A DNA stretch of 64,000 nucleotides from an uncultured Thermoplasmatales archaeon (lineage in GTDB: Archaea > Thermoplasmatota > SW-10-69-26), in assembly GCA_964581775.1 (NCBI GenBank), contig CAZOQA010000002.1, positions 21,125 through 85,124 of the forward strand. The letters run 5' to 3'. The position numbers were made by a program, and so were the translations under genes. This document shows positions 36,946 to 44,664 of this stretch, piece by piece. Within the stretch, counting starts at the first letter, position 1, and each line of letters opens with the position of its first letter. The notes beneath the pieces were generated by a model, which saw nothing but the letters and a program-made list of their open reading frames with translations, searched no databases and was not told the origin of the DNA.

Positions 36946-37374
36946 GTGGCCTCCACGAGCCCCCTCACGCTTGCCACGGACGGCGCCTCCCGGGGCAACC
37001 CCGGCCCCGCCGCGATCGCGTACGCGCTCTTCGACGAGCACGACGAGCGGTTGAACCAAGACGCGGCGACCATCGGGGCGGCCACGAACAACGAGGCCGA
37101 GTACGAGGCCCTGCTGGCCGGGCTCGAAGCCGCCGCGAAGGTCACCGCCGGCCCCCTCGTCCACCTGTCCGATAGCCAGCTGGTCGTCCGCCAACTGAAC
37201 GGAGAGTACAAGATCCGCGCGGACCGGCTGGCCCGCAAGGCCCGCAAGGCCCGCCGCCTAGCCGACCGCTTCGAGCGCGTCGAACACCGCCACGTGCCCC
37301 GCAGACATCCACGCATCGATGCCGTCGATGAGCTAGCCAACCAAGCCCTCGACCGTCAAGAAGACGAGGAATAA
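36946..37374 (+). CDS. rnhA: Ribonuclease HI (type 1 RNase H)
   Basis: DEDD residues lie in TDGASRGNPG, NNEAEYEAL, SDSQL and IDAVDELAN. GTG start. Confidence 0.8.
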   Translation: MASTSPLTLATDGASRGNPGPAAIAYALFDEHDERLNQDAATIGAATNNEAEYEALLAGLEAAAKVTAGPLVHLSDSQLVVRQLNGEYKIRADRLARKARKARRLADRFERVEHRHVPRRHPRIDAVDELANQALDRQEDEE

Positions 37375-37431
37375 GTGGCCTGGCGGACAAACGGTACGCT
37401 CTCATGAAGGAAGGACTCACCTCCCCCCCAC

Positions 37432-37440
37432 TTTTATAAA
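37432..37440 (+). promoter_or_regulatory. TATA box-like TTTTATAAA for the histidine kinase gene
   Basis: Strongest AT-rich element in the window, 50 nt upstream of the ATG at 37490. GGAGG at 37482..37486 suggests a leadered, SD-dependent start. Confidence 0.4.
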
Positions 37441-37489
37441 CGCGCCCAGGAGAGCACTCCTACCCGCCGGCAAGGGCCCCAGGAGGTCA

Positions 37490-39211
37490 ATGACCCACCC
37501 CGACTCCCACGCCAGGCCGCTCAACACCATGCACCGAGCCCTCCTCCGCCTCCGAAGATCAGACGACGACCCCCCACCCAGCTTCCCCCCCGGAACCCTC
37601 CCCGCCAGCCTCCGCCTCACCGTCACCCTGGCCAGCCTCTCCACCGGCCTCCTCGTCTTCCCCCCTCTGCTCCGATCCCCCCTCGCCATCGGGACCGCCG
37701 CCCTCGCCCTGGCTTACTCCACCGCCACCCTCCTCATCCCCCACGCCAAGGAAGCCACCCTCGAGCACCCCCCCGCGACCACGACCCTCGACGCCCTCCT
37801 CATCGCAGCATGGATCCACGCCACCGGCGGCGCAGCCTCCCCCTACTACGTGCTCTGGCTCATCGCCATCGCGTTCGTCGCCATCCGCTTTACCCCCAAA
37901 CACACCACGCTCGCCTGCCTGGGCTACCTCGCCCTCCACAGCCTCCTCGCGACGCTCTCCGGGCACCTTCTCACCCCCACCTTCCTCACCCAAGCCGCGC
38001 TCCTCGCCGCCACCGCCTTCTCCTTCACGCAACTCAACCCAGCCTGGGAAACCCCCACCCCCCACGACCCCGACGCCACCCCCCTCGGCCCCGACGAATG
38101 GCGCGCCCTCCTCGACGACGCCCCCGAAGTCCTCATGATGCTCGACGCCGACGGCGCCATCCGCTACACCAACCTCGCCGCCACCGACGACGCCCTCGAC
38201 GCCCTCCAAGGCCAACCCGCCACCGACTGGCTCCCCGAACGCTCCCACGACCGCTTCCACCAAGCCCTCCACGAAGTCACCCAGCAACGCGAACCCGCCA
38301 CCCTCGAGATCGAAAGCCGCCGCCCCGACGGGACCCCCAGCTGGTACCTGCTCCGCCTGGCCCCCGTCGAAGACGACGCCCGCACCCTCGGCGCCTCCCT
38401 CGTCTGCATCGACATCACGCACCTCCGCCAAGCCGAACAAGACCTCGAAGCCAACCACCGCGAACTCGAACGCTCCCACGACCTCCTCAGCACGTACATG
38501 CGCCTGACCGCACACGACCTCCAAGAGCCCCTCGCCGACGTCACCCGCTACGCCCAGATGCTCGAAGACCAAAACCCCGACCACCTCCCCGACGAACACG
38601 CCGAAGCAAGCCGCTTCGCCATCCAAGGAGCCAAACGCATCATGCAACTCATCGACGCGCTTGGCCGGCTTACCAAGCTCACCACCCGCTCCCTACGGCC
38701 CGAACCCACGCCCGGGCACCGCCTCGCCCAACAAGCCCTCCACGAGGTCCAACACCTCCACGAAGACGCCCCCGAACGCGTCCAGATCGACGACCAGATC
38801 CCCCCCCTCCACGCGGACGCCGAATCCATCCGCGAGACCCTGCGCGAGATCCTCGACAACGCCATCCGCTACGCAGACGACGCCACCGTCCACGTCCACG
38901 GAGAACACGACGGCCACACCGCCCTGCTCTACGTCGACGACGACGGCCCCGGCATCCAGGAAGCCTACCGCGAACGCGTGCAAGAACCCTTCCGCCGCCT
39001 CCACGGATGGCACCAAGAACCCGGCACCGGCATCGGGCTCGCCTACGCCAAAGAAGCCATCCGACGCAACCACGGGACCCTCACCATCCAAGAAAGCCCC
39101 CAAGGCGGAACACGCATCCGCCTGGAACTCCCCGCGCCCGCACGCACCCCAGAAAGCACCCCCGCCGGCACGCTCACACGGTACGACAGCGACGAACCCG
39201 CCCTCGCCTAG
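37490..39211 (+). CDS. Membrane sensor histidine kinase (multi-TM N-terminus, PAS, HisKA, HATPase_c)
   Basis: H-box LTAHDLQEPLA, N-box LDNAIRY, G1 DDDGPGI and G2 GTGIGLA. The membrane module carries the ATGGAASPYYVLW motif. Confidence 0.9.
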   Translation: MTHPDSHARPLNTMHRALLRLRRSDDDPPPSFPPGTLPASLRLTVTLASLSTGLLVFPPLLRSPLAIGTAALALAYSTATLLIPHAKEATLEHPPATTTLDALLIAAWIHATGGAASPYYVLWLIAIAFVAIRFTPKHTTLACLGYLALHSLLATLSGHLLTPTFLTQAALLAATAFSFTQLNPAWETPTPHDPDATPLGPDEWRALLDDAPEVLMMLDADGAIRYTNLAATDDALDALQGQPATDWLPERSHDRFHQALHEVTQQREPATLEIESRRPDGTPSWYLLRLAPVEDDARTLGASLVCIDITHLRQAEQDLEANHRELERSHDLLSTYMRLTAHDLQEPLADVTRYAQMLEDQNPDHLPDEHAEASRFAIQGAKRIMQLIDALGRLTKLTTRSLRPEPTPGHRLAQQALHEVQHLHEDAPERVQIDDQIPPLHADAESIRETLREILDNAIRYADDATVHVHGEHDGHTALLYVDDDGPGIQEAYRERVQEPFRRLHGWHQEPGTGIGLAYAKEAIRRNHGTLTIQESPQGGTRIRLELPAPARTPESTPAGTLTRYDSDEPALA

Positions 39212-39240
39212 CCCAGAAGACCCAGGACCTGGACCAGCGC

Positions 39241-39246
39241 TTAAAT
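39241..39246 (+). promoter_or_regulatory. TATA-like box (TTAAAT) for the response regulator gene
   Basis: First T is 30 nt upstream of the ATG at 39271. Confidence 0.35.
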
Positions 39247-39270
39247 ACCGGGTGCGGGCGGACCCCCCCC

Positions 39271-39687
39271 ATGGCCTCTGCTACCGGAGACCCGCTCAAA
39301 GACCTCGACGTGCTCATCCTCGACGACGCCGCCACCGTGCGAAGCAAAGTCCGCTCCGTGCTCGAAGAGCTCTCCATCCCCAGCGACAAGATCCGCGAAG
39401 CCGAGACCGCACGCGAAGGCCTCGACGCCGTCGAACAAGCCCCCCCCGATCTGCTCCTGCTCGACCTCGTCCTCCCCGACATCCCCGGCGAAGAAGTAGG
39501 AAGCGTCCTCCTCGACAAGCTCCCCGACACGCAGATCGTGCCCCTCACAGCGCTCGACACCAACGACCGACGCGTCCGACGCCTGATCTCCAACGGCGCC
39601 TTCGACGTGCTCCAGAAACCCATCCGCCGCCACGCCGTCGAAGAGCTCTTCGCCACCCTCCGCCGCGAAGACCCCACGCCCCCCTAA
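39271..39687 (+). CDS. Single-domain response regulator (CheY-like receiver)
   Basis: VLILDDA, the phospho-acceptor region LLLLDLVLPD, PLTA and QKP. This is the real part of ORF 37810..39687. Confidence 0.85.
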   Translation: MASATGDPLKDLDVLILDDAATVRSKVRSVLEELSIPSDKIREAETAREGLDAVEQAPPDLLLLDLVLPDIPGEEVGSVLLDKLPDTQIVPLTALDTNDRRVRRLISNGAFDVLQKPIRRHAVEELFATLRREDPTPP

Positions 39688-40794
39688 TCACGCCTCGTAC
39701 CACGTCTCAAGCCCATCCGCCCGCCCGCTCTTGCGACCCGAGGCCTCCCGGAACGAGGACGCCAACGCGCCCCCCGCCAACCCCAAGCCCTCCAGCTCCA
39801 ACTGCTCGCGCCACACCTCCCGACACTCGCACCCCACCCGATCGAACACTCCCGCATCCCCCGTCTTCTTGTGAGCATCGATCGCGCGCAACACCCCCTC
39901 ATCGCACACGCCGCAATTGTGCGCCCCCCGTGGCTGGCCCCCCGCGACCACGTCGCTGTGCGTTTGCACCTGCGCGAACCCCGAGACCCGGTCCAACACC
40001 TCCACCACGCTCCACAACCACGGCGGCGAATACTCGCCTGCGTCGAACAGCTCCTCCACGAGCGTGTTCTTGTGCACGCTCACCGGGTTGAAGCTCATCG
40101 CCTCCAACGCCGGCGACCCCGACACGCGGCGAGCCGTCGCCACCGCCTCCTCGATCGCCTCACGCTCCGTCAAGAACGGCGGCTTCACCAGCACGTAGCA
40201 CTTCAGAAGCGTATCGAACCCACGGGCCACCTCGGACGCCTGGTGGAAATCCTCGATCGTGAACTCGTTGTTCACGCTGAACTCCAACACCTCCGGCGTC
40301 GACGCCTCCATCCCGATGCCCAACGCGAACTGACACCCCTCCGGCAACCGGTCCCGGAGATCGCTCAACCGTTCCTCGGTCACATGATGCGCCTGGGCCT
40401 CCGACTGGAAGCGAACGACCTGCTCGGGGACCAGGTCCAGGATGCGTTGCTGCGCCTCGACGGGCACCTCGGTGCCGTCCAGGAAGCTGCCGCTCGTGTA
40501 GAGCTTGATCACGGTGTGATCCGCGAACTGGGCGAGCGCCGTCTCGAACTGGCGCACGAGGTGGTCCGCGGTGATGTTCTTGACGAACGAGTCGTTGACG
40601 TACCCGCACATCGAGCACCCGCCCCGGATGGCCCACGTGCACCCGCGGGTGCGTAGGATCACCGTGAGGGCGCGGTGAGCTTCTCCGTCGATGACCTCTT
40701 CCTCGCTCCAGACGCGGCTGGGCGCGTTGGGGTCGTCGTCGCGCTGGTCGAGCTTGCGGGCGTCGCGTACGGCTTGGTTGAGGGCGTCAAACAC
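39688..40794 (-). CDS. raSEA: Archaeosine biosynthesis radical SAM protein RaSEA (TIGR01210-like)
   Basis: LRTRGCTWAIRGGCSMCGYV cluster motif. It is operonic with arcS through an 8-nt overlap. Confidence 0.8.
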   Translation of the reverse strand: MFDALNQAVRDARKLDQRDDDPNAPSRVWSEEEVIDGEAHRALTVILRTRGCTWAIRGGCSMCGYVNDSFVKNITADHLVRQFETALAQFADHTVIKLYTSGSFLDGTEVPVEAQQRILDLVPEQVVRFQSEAQAHHVTEERLSDLRDRLPEGCQFALGIGMEASTPEVLEFSVNNEFTIEDFHQASEVARGFDTLLKCYVLVKPPFLTEREAIEEAVATARRVSGSPALEAMSFNPVSVHKNTLVEELFDAGEYSPPWLWSVVEVLDRVSGFAQVQTHSDVVAGGQPRGAHNCGVCDEGVLRAIDAHKKTGDAGVFDRVGCECREVWREQLELEGLGLAGGALASSFREASGRKSGRADGLETWYEA

Positions 40795-42595
40795 GGTGGC
40801 GCACCTCCGCGCAGGCGCCTTGGTTGAGCGCTTCGATCTCTTCCCCGTGGGAGGTGGCGCGTCCGACGGCGCGCAGCTCGCCTTCGTGGTGGATGAGCAC
40901 CTCGTCCTCGGCGCGGATCTCGTGGCTTGCGGCCTTGACGCCGGGCGCGAACACGGTTCCTTTGGGGTGGAAGTCGTCGATCTCGATGTTGTATGCGTCG
41001 GTGGCTTCGAACAGGCGTTCGCCGCCGTCGGCGGTGAGCGTGAGGGCGCCTCGTTCGGGTTTGAGCATGAGAAGCTGCGTGTCGCCGTGCATGAGCTTGA
41101 GGTAGGGGTAGCGGCCGCGGATCTCGGTGTCGCGGGCGAGGGGTTGGCTGACGCCGGGGCCGAACTGCCAGTCGATGCGGGCTCGCATGTGGTCGAGGAA
41201 GAGCTCGTCTCGTGGGGTGGGTTCGAGCCCGCGGGTGGCGTCGCGGACGGCGTCTTGTAGGCGGTCGGTGGCGCTGGAGTCGGTGGGGCGTTCGCCGGGG
41301 TTGACGGTGCGTTCTGCGTCGAGGATCCCGTCGAGGAGGGTGGCTTCGTCGGGGGGGAGGTGCAGGATGGCGTGGTCGTAGCTGCCGTTCTTCCAGAGGG
41401 TGCGGAAGGCGTCTTGGATGATGCGTTGTTCTTGGGGGCTCCAGTCGCCGGTGACGGGCACGTCGTAGTGCGCGGCGGGGTAGGCGAGTTCGAGCTCTTC
41501 GGGGACGGCGCCGAGGGGGCTTGTGAGGCTGGCGACGTGGGCGCGGCCGTGGGCGGGGTTCTCGATGCTGGGGCGGATGCGTTGGTGCGTGGGGCTTTGT
41601 TGGTAGGGTTTGGTGGCGGAGCAGGGGAGCACGATGAGCACGTTCGCGCTTGGGGGGGGCGTGTATCGGTCGCGAAGGCGGGTTAGCCAGCGTTGGATCT
41701 CGGGCCGTTGGAGGGTCTGGTCGCTGAGCACGGGGAGGCCACGTTCTCGGGCGGTGGGGGTGCGTTGTTCGAAGAAGGGGGCGTGGTCGGCGTCGTAGCG
41801 TCGGTACGTGGCGACGTGCTCGGGCGCGGTGCGGCTTCGTTGTTCGACGAGTTCGCGGAGCGTGCCTTGCTGGGTGGCGTGGCGGATGCGTTGGGCTTCG
41901 GTGGTGGCGGCGGTGCGGTTGTGGTGGATGAGCTTGTCTTGGGGCAGGGGCCCGTGCGTGTCGTGGCAGGCGGGGCAGGGGCAGGGGGCGTCGTCGAGGG
42001 TCTGGTTGGGGAGGGGGCCTTCGGGGGTGAGGTAGCGTTGGTTGAGCGCGGCGAGGAGAGGGGTGACCCCGTCGAAGAGGTCGATGCCGGCCATGGCGGC
42101 GAGGGCCATCTGGTCGGGTCGTCCGATGCCGGGCGTGTAGAGGATCGCGTTGGGGCCGGCGTTCTTGCGGGCGGTGGTGAGGAAGCGGGCCAGGTGCCAG
42201 GGGTCGTCGGCGATGCGTCGCGCGGTGGGGGTGATAAGGAGCCCGTCGTGGGGGGTGATGTTGTGGGGGTCGTGCACGATGCGGACGGGTCCGTGGTTTG
42301 CTTGTTCGTCGGCGGCGTCGTGGAGGGCGTCGTCGAGGGTGGCGGGGTAGACGAGGGTGCGGGGGATGGAGAAGGGGTCTTCGTCGTCGTCTTGGTGGGG
42401 GTCCATGCGGGTGCCGTGGTAGGTGACAGTGGGGATGGTTTCGTGGGGGGTGGGTCCGATGCAGGCGCGTGCGGTGTCGGGGGCGGGGTGGCGGGGGGTG
42501 TGGGCGTGGAGCACGGCCGGGAGGTCGACGGTGCCCCTGGGGGTCTCCCAGGTGGCCCGTCGGGCCCCTTGGTCCCGGCTCGTGATGTCCAACAT
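40787..42595 (-). CDS. arcS: Archaeosine synthase alpha subunit ArcS (TGT-like + DUF5591 + PUA)
   Basis: Start placed at MLDITSRD (ATG 42595). Zn motif CPCPACH, DUF5591 motif LPCSATKPY, and a PUA-like C-terminus. The upstream 216 codons of ORF 40787..43243 are Arg/Pro junk. Confidence 0.8.
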   Translation of the reverse strand: MLDITSRDQGARRATWETPRGTVDLPAVLHAHTPRHPAPDTARACIGPTPHETIPTVTYHGTRMDPHQDDDEDPFSIPRTLVYPATLDDALHDAADEQANHGPVRIVHDPHNITPHDGLLITPTARRIADDPWHLARFLTTARKNAGPNAILYTPGIGRPDQMALAAMAGIDLFDGVTPLLAALNQRYLTPEGPLPNQTLDDAPCPCPACHDTHGPLPQDKLIHHNRTAATTEAQRIRHATQQGTLRELVEQRSRTAPEHVATYRRYDADHAPFFEQRTPTARERGLPVLSDQTLQRPEIQRWLTRLRDRYTPPPSANVLIVLPCSATKPYQQSPTHQRIRPSIENPAHGRAHVASLTSPLGAVPEELELAYPAAHYDVPVTGDWSPQEQRIIQDAFRTLWKNGSYDHAILHLPPDEATLLDGILDAERTVNPGERPTDSSATDRLQDAVRDATRGLEPTPRDELFLDHMRARIDWQFGPGVSQPLARDTEIRGRYPYLKLMHGDTQLLMLKPERGALTLTADGGERLFEATDAYNIEIDDFHPKGTVFAPGVKAASHEIRAEDEVLIHHEGELRAVGRATSHGEEIEALNQGACAEVRHRV

Positions 42596-42651
42596 CAGGT
42601 CTTGGGAGCCCCTTCCCCTTGAAGAGGGTTGTCCTGGGGGCTTGGGTGGGG

Positions 42652-43155
42652 TCAGGCGGGCGCGTCGTGCAGGATCTCGTCGAGGGCGTCGAGCAGGTCG
42701 CTCGTGACGGCGTCGTCGAGGGGGGGTTGCGTCTCGATGAGGCCGCTTTTGTGGATGCGAAGCGTGCCTTTGCTGGCTTCGACGAGGATGGACCGGGGCG
42801 CGGGGTCGTGGGTGGGGTCGTGGTCCTCGAAGGGGATCTCGTCCCCGTCGGGGGGGTTCACGGTGTGCAGGCGCAGGTCGTTTCGTTTGTGCACGGTCTC
42901 GGCCAGGCGCCGCATCGCGTCGTCGTCGAGGCTGATCCCGGTGGCGGGGCCGGGCGTGTCCGCGGGGGCCAGCTCGAGGCGTCCTTGGTCCGTGCGCACG
43001 AGCTCGTAGAGGGCGTGGTCTTGGTGCGCGCCGGTGATGCGGTCGGCGGCGGCGCGCGTGGCCAGGTACCCGAGCCCGAGCAGGATCAGCAGGATCACGA
43101 TGGGGAGCACGGGCGGGTCCCCTGCGGGTTGAAGCAGCCCGTGAGCGCCCATCAT
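42652..43155 (-). CDS. Membrane-anchored hypothetical protein
   Basis: Real part of ORF 42652..44544. MMGAHGLLQPAGDPPVLPIVILLILLGLGYLA is a TM, followed by a ~130-aa soluble domain. TTGAAG lies 30 nt upstream of the start. Confidence 0.55.
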   Translation of the reverse strand: MMGAHGLLQPAGDPPVLPIVILLILLGLGYLATRAAADRITGAHQDHALYELVRTDQGRLELAPADTPGPATGISLDDDAMRRLAETVHKRNDLRLHTVNPPDGDEIPFEDHDPTHDPAPRSILVEASKGTLRIHKSGLIETQPPLDDAVTSDLLDALDEILHDAPA

Positions 43156-43269
43156 GGGTGCCGTGAACGCGTCGTGGGTCTTCAACGTAGCGACGAGGAC
43201 CCTCGGCTCGGTCGAGGGGGTGAGAGGGTAAAAGTAGGGGCACTGCGCTCTTCGTTCGAGGCTTGGAAG

Positions 43270-44652
43270 ATGAAGGAGGGAGCCCTGGTAGGGTCCTGGA
43301 TCCTCGTGATCGTCATCGCGGGAGCGATCGGCGCGAGCACCGGGACCGGCGCGGACGCGGGCCCGAGCATGCACACCGACCCTGACGCGGGGACGCTTCC
43401 CGGCACCCTCGTCATCGGGTTCGAGGACAGCCTCCCGGCGGACATCGGCCCCTGGATCGAAGCCCGAGAGGGCACCGTGGAGATCACGAACCCCACGCCC
43501 TCCTTCGTGCAAGCCTCGTTCGCCGACGACGCGGACCTCGATGCGATCCGGCACGAGATCCACCAGCGCGAAGACGTCGCGTACGTCGAGCCCGCCTACG
43601 AGGTGTTCCTCGACGAGCCCCTCGACGAGACCACGGACGCCCTCCAGGCGGACGCGGACCCCGAAGGACCCGACGATCCCCTCTACCCGGACCAGTGGGG
43701 CTTCCCCGCCATCCAGGCCCCCGAGGCCTGGAACACGACCCGCGGCGACGCGGACGTGCGCGTGGCCGTGCTCGACACCGGCATCGACGGGGACCACCCC
43801 GATTTGAAGGACAACCTCTGCGGGCCCCACGCGTCCTTCATCAACGACCCCGACCCCCTCCAGGACGCCGGCGGACACGGCACGCACGTCGCCGGGACCA
43901 TCGCCGCCGTCACCGACAACGGGATCGGCGTGGCAGGCGCCAGCGACGCGTGCCTGATGTCCGTGCGCGTGCTCGGCGCCGGAGCCAGCTCCGCAGGCAT
44001 CGCGGACGCGATCGCGTTCGCCGCGGACCACGAAGCAGACGTGATCAGCATGAGCTTCCGCACCGGACCCAGCAACGCGATCAGCAGCGCGCTCTCCCAC
44101 GCCTACATGGACAACGACGTGCTCATCATCAAATCCGCCGGGAACCAGGGATGCTTCGGGGCCGCTTCGCCCTTGACGGGGACGACCACGTGGCCTGCAC
44201 CCGAGGACGAGGTCATGCCCGTGGCTGCCCTGGCCCCCTCCGACGGCGAGCACACCGCCGGGTACTCCAGCTGCGGGCCGAACGTCGAGATCGCCGCGCC
44301 CGGAAGCGGCGTGCTCAGCACGACCCCCCACGAGGGGTACGGCACCAAGTCCGGGACCTCCATGGCCGCCCCCCACACGAGCGGCACGGCCGCGCTCGTG
44401 CGAAGCACCAACCCCGGTCTGTCCGCGTTCGAGACGCGCTGCGTGCTCACCTTGACCGCGGAGACGACGGCCGAGAGCGGGGCCCTCGGTCAGGGTGTCC
44501 CCGGGTGGAACCCCTGGACGGGGTGGGGGCGCGTGAACGCTCACGAGGCGGTCACGCTGGCCGGGTCCATCGACTCGCCCGAGGCCTCCCTGCCGAGCCC
44601 GCCCGCGGGGTGCCTTCTCCCGCCCACGATGAACCCGCTCAACAACGCGTGA
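43270..44652 (+). CDS. Secreted subtilisin-like serine protease (peptidase S8) with inhibitor-I9-like propeptide
   Basis: Catalytic triad motifs VLDTGID, HGTHVAGT and GTSMAAPH. N-terminal anchor/signal WILVIVIAGAIGA. Confidence 0.9.
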   Translation: MKEGALVGSWILVIVIAGAIGASTGTGADAGPSMHTDPDAGTLPGTLVIGFEDSLPADIGPWIEAREGTVEITNPTPSFVQASFADDADLDAIRHEIHQREDVAYVEPAYEVFLDEPLDETTDALQADADPEGPDDPLYPDQWGFPAIQAPEAWNTTRGDADVRVAVLDTGIDGDHPDLKDNLCGPHASFINDPDPLQDAGGHGTHVAGTIAAVTDNGIGVAGASDACLMSVRVLGAGASSAGIADAIAFAADHEADVISMSFRTGPSNAISSALSHAYMDNDVLIIKSAGNQGCFGAASPLTGTTTWPAPEDEVMPVAALAPSDGEHTAGYSSCGPNVEIAAPGSGVLSTTPHEGYGTKSGTSMAAPHTSGTAALVRSTNPGLSAFETRCVLTLTAETTAESGALGQGVPGWNPWTGWGRVNAHEAVTLAGSIDSPEASLPSPPAGCLLPPTMNPLNNA

Positions 44653-44664
44653 CGCGCCGGGCGC

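Noticed and set aside
42596-43243. N-terminal extensions of real genes in the ORF track. Examples are arcS 40787..43243, phnC 18119..19135, thpR 14398..15921, RR 37810..39687, S8 42619..44652, SNF2 44665..46905, S1 58995..60404, hemK-like 55015..55851 and fadB-like 20237..22333.
   Set aside because: The extensions are Arg/Pro/His-rich, lack similarity to the family and often overlap neighbouring genes. Internal ATG or GTG codons coincide with the start of recognisable domains or signal peptides, and often with a TATA-like box about 30 nt upstream.
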